DNA of 61,884 nucleotides, counting the filler, from Planctomycetota bacterium (GTDB lineage Bacteria > Planctomycetota > Planctomycetia > JALXBF01), in NCBI GenBank assembly GCA_026991575.1. It is 5 parts of 5 records of this genome, joined end to end, with 100 filler letters (N's around TTAATTAATTAA, not from the genome) between each part and the next. Parts side by side here need not be neighbours in the genome. Positions count along the whole stretch, not along the records: positions 34,972 to 40,104 come from JALXBF010000112.1; positions 40,205 to 56,992 come from JALXBF010000113.1; 3 more parts are not named here. One strand, 5' to 3'. This document shows positions 37,738 to 47,962 of this stretch, piece by piece (within the stretch, counting starts at the first letter, position 1; every line of letters starts with the position of its first letter). Below the pieces are notes generated by a model. The model was not told the DNA's origin. It saw only the letters and a list, made by a program, of their open reading frames with translations, and made no database searches. The position numbers and the translations under genes are program-made.

Positions 37738-39799
37738 GCTCCTCTCTGACGCCGTGCCGTCGTCTTCGTCGGCGCGTCACCACTGAAATGACCAGCAGGG
37801 CTACGTCCGCAAGACCGACCAGCACGGCCAGTGCCAGACCCGGCCACAGCCACGTGGGTCGATAGCGCCACAGCACCCGGTGCTCGCCCGCCGGCACTCG
37901 AACCGCCCGGAACATCGACGCAGCCAACGGCTGGGCAGGGCAACCGTCGACTAGCACAGTCCAGCCGGGATAGAACAGGTCGGTGAGCACCACCAGCGAC
38001 GGTTCGGCCACGTCCACAACGATCTCCACCTCGTTCGCGCGCACGTCGATCCAGCGAACGGGCTGGATCCGATCCGGCCGCTTCGCGTACGGCTTGAGCC
38101 GTTCCAGCGGTGTATCGGCGGGCACAGTATAGGCCCGGCCGCGGGACTGCTTGAGGCGATACACCCGCAGCGGCTGCTGGCGCGCCGCGCCCAGTAACTG
38201 GGCGACGAATGGATCAGGCGCGTGCCAGACGATCTCGACCGGCCAGCGCGATAGAAACGGCAGTGTGTCCGCCGTCACGATGTAGCGGACACCAGCCCAG
38301 TCCAGCCAGCGGAGTACGCGCTCCGTCGGCGGCTTGTTCCACCGGAAAGGGATCGCACCCGGGCCGTCCAGATACTCCCGGGGCGACAGTCCGATGTATG
38401 CAGGCAGCTGCGAGACGCCTAGTAGCGTGAGCGCGTTTTCGCTCTTGCCGAGGACCCGCGCCGTGGCGGGCAGCACGTTCTGCAGCGGCGACAGTCCGCG
38501 GCTCAAGTACTCGATCGGGGGATCGAACGTGATACCCGCGATTTGAACCAGCGCCGCAACCCAGGTGTACTCAAACCAGGCAGCCCCAAAGAGCGCCGCC
38601 AGCGTGGCGGCCCGCGCCAAGCAGCGTCTCATCATGCCCACAAGCGCATCCAGCTGGCGGCCGGCCACCAGCGCAACGCCCACCTGCGCCAGCAGCCCGT
38701 AGCGGCCCGGCCCGGTGAAGTAGCCAAAGCCGGGCAAAGCCTTCAGCACCGGCACCAGCACGCCCGTAGCGAGCACCACTCCAGCGGCGGTCAGGACCAC
38801 GCCCAGCACGGCGAGCCTCCGCTCCCGGCGGCGAACCAGCAGACCCAGCGCCAACAGCATGGCCGGGTAACCGAAGTACAGATGGGCCTCGGCCTGGTTC
38901 GTGTAGTACCTGCCGAAGAACTGGCTGCGCCACAGCGGGTCGGTCATCTTCGGATAGAAGTGCCACGGCAGCAACAGTTGCGCCAGGTAGGGCACCGGAA
39001 CGGCGCCATAGGTGATTTCCCGTTCCAAGAAAACCGGCTCCGCGCGGTGGCTCCGCTGCTTCAGCTCCCAGGTGCTCAGTAGTTGCACCGAAGCGACCAG
39101 CACACCCGCTACCAGCGCGGCCGCCACCGCCGCGACGCGGCGCAGCTGGTGGCCTTGCCACCAGCGGAAGCGGATCAATACGACGGCTGCCAGAGCCAGC
39201 CAGGTAATGAAGGCCAAGTGGTAGTGGCCGGCAAGAAGCTGAAGCGCAACGGCCGCCTGCAGCAGAAACCAGAACCGCGGCTGACCGGTTTGTAAGTAGC
39301 GGCTGGCGGCCCAGAGAATCGCCGGCAGCCACGCCCCCGTCACCGCCGCCCACTCCAGGCAGCTTCGCGCCGGAAACCAGCCGTAAACAACGACCAGCGC
39401 CGCGAAGCAAGCCCCCCACCGCCCCAGACCCATCGCGGCCGCAAACAGGCACGTGAATCCGAACGCCAGCACGTAATGTGCGATGTGGCTGATGTTATAC
39501 GCCATGTTCACGGACAGGAACCGGTACAGGATCAGATTTGACGGGTAGAAGATCGCTGTCTGGCTTTCGCCCAGTGTCGGGAACCCGTGTCCGACCAGCG
39601 CGTTCCAAAACGGGATCGTACCCCGCTTGACCCACCACGCGTACCAGAGCTTGAGCGGGAAGAAGTACGTGTAGATGTCTCCGCCGATCAAGCCGGCGCC
39701 GCGCAGCAACGGCCACCAGGCGAGGATTGCCAGAGCGACGGCGGCACCCCACCAGAGGATCAGATCCGCCCAGCGTCTTCGGGCCGTGTCAGTGGCCAT
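37706..39799 (-). CDS. YfhO-like polytopic membrane protein (GT-C-like)
   Basis: GDIYTYFFP, IPFWN...GFP...FYP, many TMs, C-terminal DLFYPGWTVLVDG...RAVRVPAGEHRVLWRYRP. Confidence 0.8.
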   Translation of the reverse strand: MATDTARRRWADLILWWGAAVALAILAWWPLLRGAGLIGGDIYTYFFPLKLWYAWWVKRGTIPFWNALVGHGFPTLGESQTAIFYPSNLILYRFLSVNMAYNISHIAHYVLAFGFTCLFAAAMGLGRWGACFAALVVVYGWFPARSCLEWAAVTGAWLPAILWAASRYLQTGQPRFWFLLQAAVALQLLAGHYHLAFITWLALAAVVLIRFRWWQGHQLRRVAAVAAALVAGVLVASVQLLSTWELKQRSHRAEPVFLEREITYGAVPVPYLAQLLLPWHFYPKMTDPLWRSQFFGRYYTNQAEAHLYFGYPAMLLALGLLVRRRERRLAVLGVVLTAAGVVLATGVLVPVLKALPGFGYFTGPGRYGLLAQVGVALVAGRQLDALVGMMRRCLARAATLAALFGAAWFEYTWVAALVQIAGITFDPPIEYLSRGLSPLQNVLPATARVLGKSENALTLLGVSQLPAYIGLSPREYLDGPGAIPFRWNKPPTERVLRWLDWAGVRYIVTADTLPFLSRWPVEIVWHAPDPFVAQLLGAARQQPLRVYRLKQSRGRAYTVPADTPLERLKPYAKRPDRIQPVRWIDVRANEVEIVVDVAEPSLVVLTDLFYPGWTVLVDGCPAQPLAASMFRAVRVPAGEHRVLWRYRPTWLWPGLALAVLVGLADVALLVISVVTRRRRRRHGVREEHDRESEELAP

Positions 39800-40104
39800 T
39801 GCCTTCGTCTGCTAGCGTTCACGCTCGTCGTGCCGGTGACCGGCTGTGCCTGATGAAGCGGGCAAAGATTATCGTACGTGGGCTATGGGCCTAAGATTCG
39901 TGATGGGTCGCGCCGCGCGCCGATCGAGCAAGGTCCGCGCTGTTGCTATTGCCCCGTGTGCACTCGGGGAATGGCGGCAGGCCGTGGTGCCGCGTCGGCG
40001 CAAGCCCGAAGAGAGGCTGGAAGGCGTCATGGAGCAAGCCACCGAGCAGCACTGGGAACGCGTTCGAGAACGTGCATATCGGCTACGACTGCCGGAGCTG
40101 ACCG

Positions 40105-40204
40105 NNNNNNNNNNNNNNNNNNNNNNNNNNNNNNNNNNNNNNNNNNNNTTAATTAATTAANNNNNNNNNNNNNNNNNNNNNNNNNNNNNNNNNNNNNNNN
40201 NNNN
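40105..40204. other. Artificial contig linker
   Basis: N-run with TTAATTAATTAA. Confidence 0.99.
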
Positions 40205-40846
40205 GCGCCGCCAAGCCAGGAGCATGTCTCCGTCATTGTGCTCGACATCGAACCGGAGCTGGTCGCTTCTATCCAGGGACCACCGGGCTGGATCACGATT
40301 GCCACTCGCGCTCCGATAAGACCAGACCACCCGTTCTTCGCCGAGTCCATGGCAGATGTCATCACGCGTCCCTCTTTCTTCGATCCCGGGGTGAACGCTC
40401 CGATTGTTGCCCTGCAGACGTCCGTTGAGCAAGCGATTCGCGACGGGTTGGGTGCAGACGCAGATCCTGCCCTGTCCCTACAGATCCCCACCATCGACGT
40501 CGTAGTCCGCACGCGGGGCCCCGTGCTGATGGGAAGCATCACCGTCTGGGCTGGCGGCAGTCGCCAGAGCGTTCCGGGACCCGTTCCGACGCCCGCGCCT
40601 GCAACGGCGTTTCTGTGTCTGGTAGCTTCCGGCTTGCTAACCGGTGTCGCAAGACGGTTGAAACGGATAGCAGTGGCCGCAAGTCGCCGTCCGAACCCGT
40701 GCGCCTCTGCTATTCGCATAGCGGCTTGCGATCAACTCGGCAAAGTCCGCCGCGGGCCTCTTCAGGCAACCGCCGGACGTGATCGTGCACATCGTGGGAC
40801 GGCGCCGGTAGAGGCGTTCTGGGTTCGTGCTTCAGGAAGCGCGTGA
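40205..40846 (+). CDS. 3' fragment of a hypothetical protein with PEP-CTERM-like sorting segment
   Basis: VPGPVPTPAPAT-AFLCLVASGLLTGVA-RRLKR; 5' end lost at the linker. Confidence 0.4.
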   Translation, partial: APPSQEHVSVIVLDIEPELVASIQGPPGWITIATRAPIRPDHPFFAESMADVITRPSFFDPGVNAPIVALQTSVEQAIRDGLGADADPALSLQIPTIDVVVRTRGPVLMGSITVWAGGSRQSVPGPVPTPAPATAFLCLVASGLLTGVARRLKRIAVAASRRPNPCASAIRIAACDQLGKVRRGPLQATAGRDRAHRGTAPVEAFWVRASGSA

Positions 40847-40973
40847 GCCGTCCACGGCTGGCAGACATCCTGCCTGGTTCGCCGGCTCTGCGCAGAAGAA
40901 CTTGGCCGACACCTTGCGTGGCTCGTGCCAGGTTCGTCGCGAGCATTCTGCATCGCTGAGCGATGGTCGCAAA

Positions 40974-42131
40974 CTACTGGCTGCGGCCCAGACCAACGAC
41001 GGCCGCGGCCGGCACGCGCGTGAATGCAATCGTCTCATATGGATGGCTTTTGCCGGCTTCCCAGAGTACGCCCACCGCACCGTGTTCCAGGAGAACAAGG
41101 TTGGAGTACGCAGCGGGTCCCCTACCCACGAGCAGCTCGCCCCGAAACGACCGGCACTGGTCCGTACTTACCCGAAGAATCAGATCACGCCGGCCCGGGC
41201 CCCGCGGACCGGACCAGACGTACCAGCTGCCGGCCCCCTTCGGCGTCGGGTAGCGCAACAGTCCGGTGCAGACCGGCGTCACGGTCAGCCCGGGTCGCGG
41301 ATCTTGCCAGTGAATCCCGCCGTCGGGACTTTCCGCCAGCCATCGATGCGGCGTACCACCCTCCTGACGCGCATCGACGAGGATGTGGCCGTTGTCGAGC
41401 TCGACCATTTGATTCTCGTTGCAGTTGACCGCCAGCCACTCGCCACGCTGCCAACTCTTGCCACCGTCGTCGCTGATCAGCGCAAAAGCGGCTCGCCAGA
41501 TCGGATGGGACCGGGGTCGCTGCCCGTAGGCGGGCACAATCAGTCGCCCGGAGCTGGCTTGAATGCCTGAGCCTGGTCCGAAAACGACGTTGTGCCAGTG
41601 AGCCACGTCCCTGGCGACTGTGGTGATGTCAATCGGATCGGACCAGCTCAAGCCGTTGTCGTCGCTGTAGCGGAAGTACGCCTCATTGTCACGCGTTCCG
41701 ACCCGGCTATTGCTGGCCCCCTTGCCCGGGCGCCACCGATTGAAGAAGACGAACACACGACCGGTCCGCTGATCGACGACGGCGGTCGGATTGGAAGCGG
41801 CCCATCCTTCGTGCGACCGGTCCACATAGCGCAACGAGCTCCAGCTCTTGCCACCGTCACGACTGAGTTTGTACACCAGATTGATGTGACCCCCACCGGG
41901 ATCGTGCAGATTGTCGCGGCGTCCTTCGGCAAAGGCCAGCAGCGTGCCGTCGGCGGTGCGGACGATCGCCGGGATCCGGTACGCGAAATGGCCTTCCGTT
42001 CCGGAACGGAACACAACGATGCGCTCCGTAACCGTCTGGCCGAGTGCGTCGGGCGCGGCGGGGGCACTCAGCAAGCAGGCCGCAAGCGCCAGGATGGTGA
42101 TCACGTGTGTGCTGAAACTCAGATGACGCAT
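40974..42131 (-). CDS. Secreted sialidase-family (GH33, BNR/Asp-box) protein
   Basis: YRIP motif; Asp-boxes SRDGGKSW, SDDNGLSW, SDDGGKSW, SPDGGIHW; NENQ, AAYS; signal peptide. Confidence 0.9.
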   Translation of the reverse strand: MRHLSFSTHVITILALAACLLSAPAAPDALGQTVTERIVVFRSGTEGHFAYRIPAIVRTADGTLLAFAEGRRDNLHDPGGGHINLVYKLSRDGGKSWSSLRYVDRSHEGWAASNPTAVVDQRTGRVFVFFNRWRPGKGASNSRVGTRDNEAYFRYSDDNGLSWSDPIDITTVARDVAHWHNVVFGPGSGIQASSGRLIVPAYGQRPRSHPIWRAAFALISDDGGKSWQRGEWLAVNCNENQMVELDNGHILVDARQEGGTPHRWLAESPDGGIHWQDPRPGLTVTPVCTGLLRYPTPKGAGSWYVWSGPRGPGRRDLILRVSTDQCRSFRGELLVGRGPAAYSNLVLLEHGAVGVLWEAGKSHPYETIAFTRVPAAAVVGLGRSQ

Positions 42132-42307
42132 CGGTGCAGCTCCTGGTGGCATCTGCCGGTGGCAGAACCGGGCCAATTCGTCAGCAGGGCAACCGGCTGG
42201 TTAGTCTAGCTGCTGGACGGGCCTCTGTGGCATCCGATGGGCAGCGGTCTTGGTAGGGCCACTCTGGGGGTAAGGTTGAGGTGGCAGATGGGGGCTGGCT
42301 GGAGCAT

Positions 42308-42348
42308 AAAAAAAGCTCAGGCCCGTGGAGGGGGCACGGGCCTGAAGC
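42308..42348 (-). terminator. Intrinsic terminator
   Basis: Minus strand GCTTCAGGCCCGTG-CCCCCTC-CACGGGCCTGAGC-TTTTTTT. Confidence 0.85.
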
Positions 42349-42380
42349 ATCGGGTCGCTGTCGCTGGGTTCCGCGGCACT
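42308..42380 (-). ncRNA. Candidate sigma-54-dependent small RNA, copy 2 (~73 nt)
   Basis: Near-identical to 5382-5455; starts 11 nt after the -12 GC; ends in hairpin plus T7. Confidence 0.7.
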
Positions 42381-42389
42381 TGGGACTAG

Positions 42390-42405
42390 TGCAAACGCCG
42401 TGCCA
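42390..42405 (-). promoter_or_regulatory. Sigma-54 (-24/-12) promoter
   Basis: Minus strand TGGCACG-GCGT-TTGCA, exact consensus. Confidence 0.85.
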
Positions 42406-42500
42406 ACGAGGGGGGCGCCCGGGCAGCTTGCGCAACAACTGGTATTGCAATGTCTTGTGTGTGCGATCGGCTCAGCAGGCGTGCGAGCACTTAGGTTCTG

Positions 42501-42539
42501 TGGTGTTCAATAATGGAGCAGCGGTGTTTCAAAATGCTG
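42501..42539 (-). promoter_or_regulatory. Putative enhancer-binding-protein UAS, tandem boxes (copy 2)
   Basis: Minus strand GCATTTTGAAACACC (42537-42523) and CCATTATTGAACACC (42516-42502), 21 bp apart. Confidence 0.55.
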
Positions 42540-42738
42540 CGCTTTGGCTGCCTCGGCCGGCTTCGCCCGGCGAGGGCATCAGGACCGAGGGGGTAGGCGG
42601 GCAGAGTCTGCGGCCAGGTCTGGCCGTCGGTGGCGGGCCTAGAATTGGTCGCGTACCGTCCGTTGCGCAGCGGCCCGCCGAGCAGTCAACCGCGGCGCGC
42701 TGGCGGCCGTGCTGGCTTAGGCTCTGGAGGACCTCCCC

Positions 42739-44517
42739 GTGCGCTGGTCCAAGGCGTTTGTTCCTACGTTGAAGGAAGTTCCGGCTGAGGCTGAGATCGC
42801 AAGCCACCAGCTCATGCTGCGTGCCGGCCTGATCCGCAAGCTTTCCGCCGGTGCCTACACCTACCTACCCCTCGGGTTCCGCTCGTTGCTGAAGACCGTG
42901 GAGATCATCCGGGACGAAATGAACGCGACCGGGGCCCAGGAGATCCTGATGCCTGCCATTCAGCCGGCGGAGCTTTGGGAAGAAAGTGGCCGGATGAAGG
43001 ATTATGGCCCGCTGTTGATGCAGTTCAAGGACCGTGCTGGCCGACACACGGTCCTGGGGCCGACGCACGAGGAGGTCGTCACGGACCTGGTCCGCAACCA
43101 TGTCAGCAGCTACCGGCAGCTACCGCTGATCCTGTACCAGATCCAGACCAAGTTTCGCGACGAGATCCGGCCGCGATTCGGCGTGCTCCGCAGCCGCGAG
43201 TTCTTGATGAAGGATGCCTACAGCTTCGACGTCGACCTGGACGGCCTGAATCGCAGCTACGAGGCCATGTACCGCGCGTATTGCCGGATCTTTGAGCGGT
43301 GCGGACTGGACTTCGTTGTGGTGGAAGCGGAGAGTGGGCCCATTGGAGGCGACGTGTCGCACGAGTTCATGGTGCCCAGCGATGCTGGCGAAGACATCCT
43401 GCTGCAATGTAGTGCCTGTTCCTATGCGGCCAATGCCGAACGAGCCGAAGTGGGACTGCCCGAGCAGCTCAAGCAGCGGCTGCACCAGCCCCGTACTGTT
43501 TCCGACGTGCCGGCCGTGCAGAAGGTTGACACGCCGGGGCGTACGACGATCGAGCAGGTCAGTGCCTTCTTGAACTGCCGGCCTGAACAAATGATCAAGA
43601 CGCTGATCTACCTGGCTGACGGGCAGCCTGTTGCAGTCTTGATCCGCGGTGACCACGAGGCGAACGAGGCGAAGATCCGCCGTGCGTTGGGGGTGAGCGA
43701 GTTGTCGTTGGCCGATGCGGAGACGATCGAGCGGGTGACCGGTGCTCCGGTGGGCTTTGCCGGGCCAGTTGGCCTGAGCTGTCGCATCGTGGCGGACCGG
43801 GCGATTGCCGAGATCGAGGACGGCGTTACCGGAGCCAATGAAGCGGATGCTCACCTGGTGCACGTTGTGCCCGGCCGCGACTTCCCGTGGCCGGAGTTCC
43901 ACGACCTGCGAGTGGCGGTGCATGGGGACCCGTGCCCGCGCTGTGGCGCCGCGTTGCGTCAGCGGCGGGGCATTGAGGTTGGCCATGTTTTCAAGCTTGG
44001 CACGAAGTACTCTGAGGCGCTGGGGGCCTATTTCCTTGATGCCCATGAGCAGCGGCGGCCCGTGATTATGGGCTGCTACGGTATCGGTGTGAACCGGATC
44101 CTGGCCGCGCGCATCGAGACGCACCATGACGAGCATGGCATCATCTGGTCGACCACCATTGCACCGTACCGTGTGCTCGTGCTGCCGCTGGCTATGCAAA
44201 AGGAGCAGATCGTCCAGACGGCGGAGCGGATCTACGAAGAGTTGCGCCGCCGGGGCGTTGACGTGATCCTTGACGACCGCGACGCTCGCGCGGGTTTCAA
44301 GTTCAAGGACGCCGATCTGATCGGCTTCCCGCTTCGCATCGCCGTCGGGGAACGGGGCCTGAAGGAGGGGGTGGTTGAGTTGAAGTGGCGCGGCAGCGAC
44401 CAGGTCCAGAAGGTCCCCGTTGGCGAGGCGGTCGAGCGGGTGTTGGCCGAGCTCGACCGCGACGAGGCGGAGACGCAACGGCGCGTGGATCGTCACGGGC
44501 CTCCAATTGTGCGCTGA
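42739..44517 (+). CDS. proS: Proline--tRNA ligase (with editing domain)
   Basis: [52 protein letters not shown] before GTG. Confidence 0.97.
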   Translation: MRWSKAFVPTLKEVPAEAEIASHQLMLRAGLIRKLSAGAYTYLPLGFRSLLKTVEIIRDEMNATGAQEILMPAIQPAELWEESGRMKDYGPLLMQFKDRAGRHTVLGPTHEEVVTDLVRNHVSSYRQLPLILYQIQTKFRDEIRPRFGVLRSREFLMKDAYSFDVDLDGLNRSYEAMYRAYCRIFERCGLDFVVVEAESGPIGGDVSHEFMVPSDAGEDILLQCSACSYAANAERAEVGLPEQLKQRLHQPRTVSDVPAVQKVDTPGRTTIEQVSAFLNCRPEQMIKTLIYLADGQPVAVLIRGDHEANEAKIRRALGVSELSLADAETIERVTGAPVGFAGPVGLSCRIVADRAIAEIEDGVTGANEADAHLVHVVPGRDFPWPEFHDLRVAVHGDPCPRCGAALRQRRGIEVGHVFKLGTKYSEALGAYFLDAHEQRRPVIMGCYGIGVNRILAARIETHHDEHGIIWSTTIAPYRVLVLPLAMQKEQIVQTAERIYEELRRRGVDVILDDRDARAGFKFKDADLIGFPLRIAVGERGLKEGVVELKWRGSDQVQKVPVGEAVERVLAELDRDEAETQRRVDRHGPPIVR

Positions 44518-44521
44518 GCGC

Positions 44522-46255
44522 TCAAGCAGCCCTGCGGTCGGCCCGTGGTACGGGAAGGTCAAACAGCCGAAGCAGCTCCTCTTCGGTCCACTGTGACCCG
44601 ATGGGCTGATCGGAGCTCAGCGGAACGACCTTGGCCATCAAGTGCCGCTTTTCGGCCAGAATCTGCGCGATCCGCTCCTCGACCGTGCCCTTCACCACAT
44701 ACTGCGTCACGATGACCCGATGTTTCTGCCCGATGCGATGGACGCGGTTGATGGCCTGGTCTTCAACGGCCGGATTCCACCAACGGTCGAACAGGAAGGC
44801 ATACTGGGCGAACTGCAAGTTCAGACCGACGCTGCCTGCGCCGTAGCTGATTAACAGCACGGTGTGATTGCCGTCGCGGAACCGGACCAGGTTTTTCTGA
44901 CGCTGGCTGGCCGACAGGCCGCCGTGAAATTCCACTGGCCGGAACTCGGCCAGTTCATCCCGAAGCCGTTGGAGGGTGCGAACCCACTGCGAGAAGACGA
45001 TTGCCTTGCGATTCGACGCGGCGACCTCTTCGAGGTCCTGGCGGAGCTGCTCGAGTTTGCAGCTTTCGCCTGTGGTCGGGTCGAAATTGCAGATCTGCTT
45101 CAGCCGCAGCACCAGCTCGAAGACGTTCTGGATTCGCAGGGCAGCACCCATCCGGTTCAGGCGCAGCACCCCTTCTTTTTCGGCCTGGACGTAGCTGCGA
45201 CGTTGAGCGGGCGAGAGGTCGAGGTGCGTCTCGCGCACGATCTTCTCCGGGATGTCATCGAGCACCTGCTCCTTGACGCGACGCAGGATGTAGGGTTCAG
45301 TGATAGCCCGGAGCTGGGCAGGGGCCACGCCGGGCTTGACCAGTCCGGGGTGCAGGAATTCGAAGATCGAGACCAGGTCGTCGGGCCGGTTCTCGACCGG
45401 GGTACCGGTCAGAGCCCAGCTGCGCTGGCGGCGGAGGCGGCGCACAGCCTGGGCCGTACGGGAGGACGGGTTCTTGATTCGTTGGGCTTCATCGAGCACG
45501 ACGAGGTCGAAGCTGGTGCCGGCCTGCTCGATGTACTGGATGTCGCGTATGAGCAGCTCGTAGTTGGCGATCCGCACCGGCGCGTCGCGCAGCTGCCAGA
45601 TGCTGCGCCGCCGAGCGCCGCTACCTTCGACCACCACGACCGGCAGGTCGGGTGCCCAGATCCCGAATTCACGCACCCAGTTGGGCACCAGCGGTTTGGG
45701 ACACACCAGGAGCACAGTACGGACCAGGCCGATGGCCATGGCTAGGCGGATCGAGACGATGGCCTGCATCGTCTTGCCCAGGCCCATCTCGTCGGCCAGC
45801 AGGGCTGCCCGTCGTGGTACCAGGAACGCGATGCCCGCGTGCTGATACGGAAACGGCTTGTGCGGCAACCGAACCTTGCGATGCTGCAGCCAGAGATCTA
45901 CCGGGGGCAGCAGCGAGAAGAACAGCCGGTCCCGCCAGTTCAGCAGGTCTGCAGGGGGGGTAATTGCGACATGGCCTCCACCTTTCCCCGTCCGCTCCGG
46001 TGGCAGGGCGCATGGCCTGCTGTGCACAGGCTGCTCCGCTGCCGGTTCAACGGCCGGTCCTTGAAAGTCCACGCTACGCACCGGACAGCACAGCCGCTCG
46101 CTGCGCCAGCCCCGGACCGACGGTGCCGCCAGTGGGGGCAGCGATCGAATCGGCGGTGGGCCAAGGTCAATCGGGGCCTGCTGGGACCGGACCGCAAGTT
46201 CGGGCAGCTGAACCGAGCGGATTGCCACCGGCCGCCGGCTGTGCGATCCGCTCAT
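44522..46255 (-). CDS. SNF2-family helicase/ATPase
   Basis: LADEMGLGKT, LDEAQRIKN, ALTGTPVEN, GLNLQ, FDRWWNPAVEDQAINRVHRIGQ. Confidence 0.93.
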   Translation of the reverse strand: MSGSHSRRPVAIRSVQLPELAVRSQQAPIDLGPPPIRSLPPLAAPSVRGWRSERLCCPVRSVDFQGPAVEPAAEQPVHSRPCALPPERTGKGGGHVAITPPADLLNWRDRLFFSLLPPVDLWLQHRKVRLPHKPFPYQHAGIAFLVPRRAALLADEMGLGKTMQAIVSIRLAMAIGLVRTVLLVCPKPLVPNWVREFGIWAPDLPVVVVEGSGARRRSIWQLRDAPVRIANYELLIRDIQYIEQAGTSFDLVVLDEAQRIKNPSSRTAQAVRRLRRQRSWALTGTPVENRPDDLVSIFEFLHPGLVKPGVAPAQLRAITEPYILRRVKEQVLDDIPEKIVRETHLDLSPAQRRSYVQAEKEGVLRLNRMGAALRIQNVFELVLRLKQICNFDPTTGESCKLEQLRQDLEEVAASNRKAIVFSQWVRTLQRLRDELAEFRPVEFHGGLSASQRQKNLVRFRDGNHTVLLISYGAGSVGLNLQFAQYAFLFDRWWNPAVEDQAINRVHRIGQKHRVIVTQYVVKGTVEERIAQILAEKRHLMAKVVPLSSDQPIGSQWTEEELLRLFDLPVPRADRRAA

Positions 46256-46842
46256 GCCACCTCTGCCCCCCGTTCGCTGCCAATGAGCCGCTCCAGCGCA
46301 GCCCGCACCCGCCCGAACGGTTCAATCAGCACTTCCACGCCGCCGACGGCCTCGAGCTGATCGGCCAGCAGTCGCCGCACGTGCTCGCCCTCTCGGCCGT
46401 GTATCAGCCACTTCGTGCCGGCTACCGTCACCACCGCGCAGTCGGGCGGCGCAGGCAACGACTCATCGAACGGAGCGGCTGTTGGCACACCAAATGTCGG
46501 CTGAAGCGAGACCAGCAGGCCGTCGGAAACCAGCAGCAGTTTCGGCCGATGTCGGCAGGCCCGCAACAGACTGCATGCGATCAGGTGACCGCGTACGAAA
46601 CTTTCCAGGCTGGCGCCGTAAAGGATCCGGTGCATCTCCGTCGGTTTCACGGGCTGCTGCGTGTAGTGGAACGCAACGGGTCGGCCGGCGGACGTGATGA
46701 TCAGCAGCCCGCCGAAATAGCCGGTCGCAGGGGTCTCATCCGTTAGCAGGTAGCCAAGCCATGCCTCTTGCTCCGGTCGATGGGATTGCTGTGTCGCAGA
46801 TGCTGCCGTGCCGGTAGCGACGGTTCTCAGCGGTACGCGCAT
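46252..46842 (-). CDS. Conserved hypothetical protein translationally coupled to the SNF2 gene
   Basis: GYFGGLLII...GRPVAFHY...PVKP...ILYGASL; ATGA overlap with SNF2; GAGGAGG SD. Confidence 0.75.
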   Translation of the reverse strand: MRVPLRTVATGTAASATQQSHRPEQEAWLGYLLTDETPATGYFGGLLIITSAGRPVAFHYTQQPVKPTEMHRILYGASLESFVRGHLIACSLLRACRHRPKLLLVSDGLLVSLQPTFGVPTAAPFDESLPAPPDCAVVTVAGTKWLIHGREGEHVRRLLADQLEAVGGVEVLIEPFGRVRAALERLIGSERGAEVA

Positions 46843-46965
46843 TGCCTCCTCAAGGTTGCACGGTTAGCGAAATGCCAGCGGGGACTTGAGGCAGACGGGC
46901 AGCGGCACGTTGACACGCGCACTGCCCAGTGAGACTATCGGCAGCGGACGACGGTGCGGTTGAAC

Positions 46966-47826
46966 CTAATGCGCCCGCGTCAGACGCTCGAAGCGAGCAC
47001 GCAACTCGCGCGTGACCGGTCCGGGCTTGCCGTCGCCGATGACCCTACCATCGCACTCGACCACAGGGACAATCTCCGCGGCTGTTCCGGTCAGGAAACA
47101 CTCGTCTGCGGTATAGATGTCATGTCGTACGAGCGTGGTCTCATAGACCTCGTGCCCGGCCTGTCGCGCCAGCTTCATCACCAGATTCCGGGTGATGCCC
47201 ACCAGAATCCCCGCCGTCTTGGGGGGGGTATACAGCGCACCATCCTTGACGATGAAGATGTTATCTCCTGAGCACTCCGCGACCTCACCCAGGTGATTCA
47301 GCATCAGCGCCTCGGCAGCCCCGGCATCGGTTGCCTCCATCTGCGCGAGGATGTTGTTCAAATAGTTCAACGACTTGATCCGCGGACTCAACGCGTTCGG
47401 GTGGTTACGCACCGTGCTCACGGTGACGATGCGCAGCCCCTTTTCGTAGAGCTCCTCAGGGTACAGCTGGATGTGATCCGCAATGATGATGACCTGCGGA
47501 TTGGCCGTCTTGTTCGGGTCCAGCCCCAGATCACCGATGCCCCGAGTCACCAGGACTCGGATGTAGCCGTCCTGAATGCCGTTGATCCGGACGGTTTCCC
47601 GGATCGCCTCGGCAAGCTCTTGCCGCGACATCGGGATCTGCAATCGGATGGCACGCGCAGAATCGTAGAGCCGGTCCAGGTGTTCTTCCAGGCAGAACGG
47701 CTTCCCGCCGTAGCTGCGAATGCCCTCGAAGACACCGTCTCCGTAGAGCAGCCCGTGGTCGAAGACCGAGATCTTGGCATCCTCTTTGTCGTAGAACTTC
47801 CCGGAGATAAAAACCTTCAGGCTCAT
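46966..47826 (-). CDS. ilvE: Branched-chain amino acid aminotransferase (class IV)
   Basis: DHGLLYGDGVFEGIR, IKSLNYLNN, ECSGDNIF, ILVGITR, ECFLTGTAAE. Confidence 0.95.
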   Translation of the reverse strand: MSLKVFISGKFYDKEDAKISVFDHGLLYGDGVFEGIRSYGGKPFCLEEHLDRLYDSARAIRLQIPMSRQELAEAIRETVRINGIQDGYIRVLVTRGIGDLGLDPNKTANPQVIIIADHIQLYPEELYEKGLRIVTVSTVRNHPNALSPRIKSLNYLNNILAQMEATDAGAAEALMLNHLGEVAECSGDNIFIVKDGALYTPPKTAGILVGITRNLVMKLARQAGHEVYETTLVRHDIYTADECFLTGTAAEIVPVVECDGRVIGDGKPGPVTRELRARFERLTRAH

Positions 47827-47962
47827 CGACTCCACCCTGGCCAGTTGCCGCCGTTTCCGCTCCGCTAGCGGGCACAGCGCATTATTGGCCCCGAGTCAAC
47901 GTAAACGTAAGCATGGTGGCACGGCGGGTGCAACCGACAACGGCAGGCAAGCGGCGGGACGA

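Noticed and set aside
40029..40104. ORF start MEQATEQHWERVRERAYRLRLPELT at a contig end, possibly a transposase
   Set aside because: Only 25 codons; too short to assign.
43120..44562. Long antisense ORFs (e.g. 480 aa opposite proS, 442 aa opposite the sulfatase, 470 aa at 9363-10775)
   Set aside because: Shadow ORFs expected from high-GC codon bias opposite well-supported genes.
47917..47932. Sigma-54-like TGGCACGGCGGGTGCA on the plus strand
   Set aside because: The -12 element deviates (GTGC), it points antisense into the M48 gene end, and no sRNA body or UAS box is nearby.
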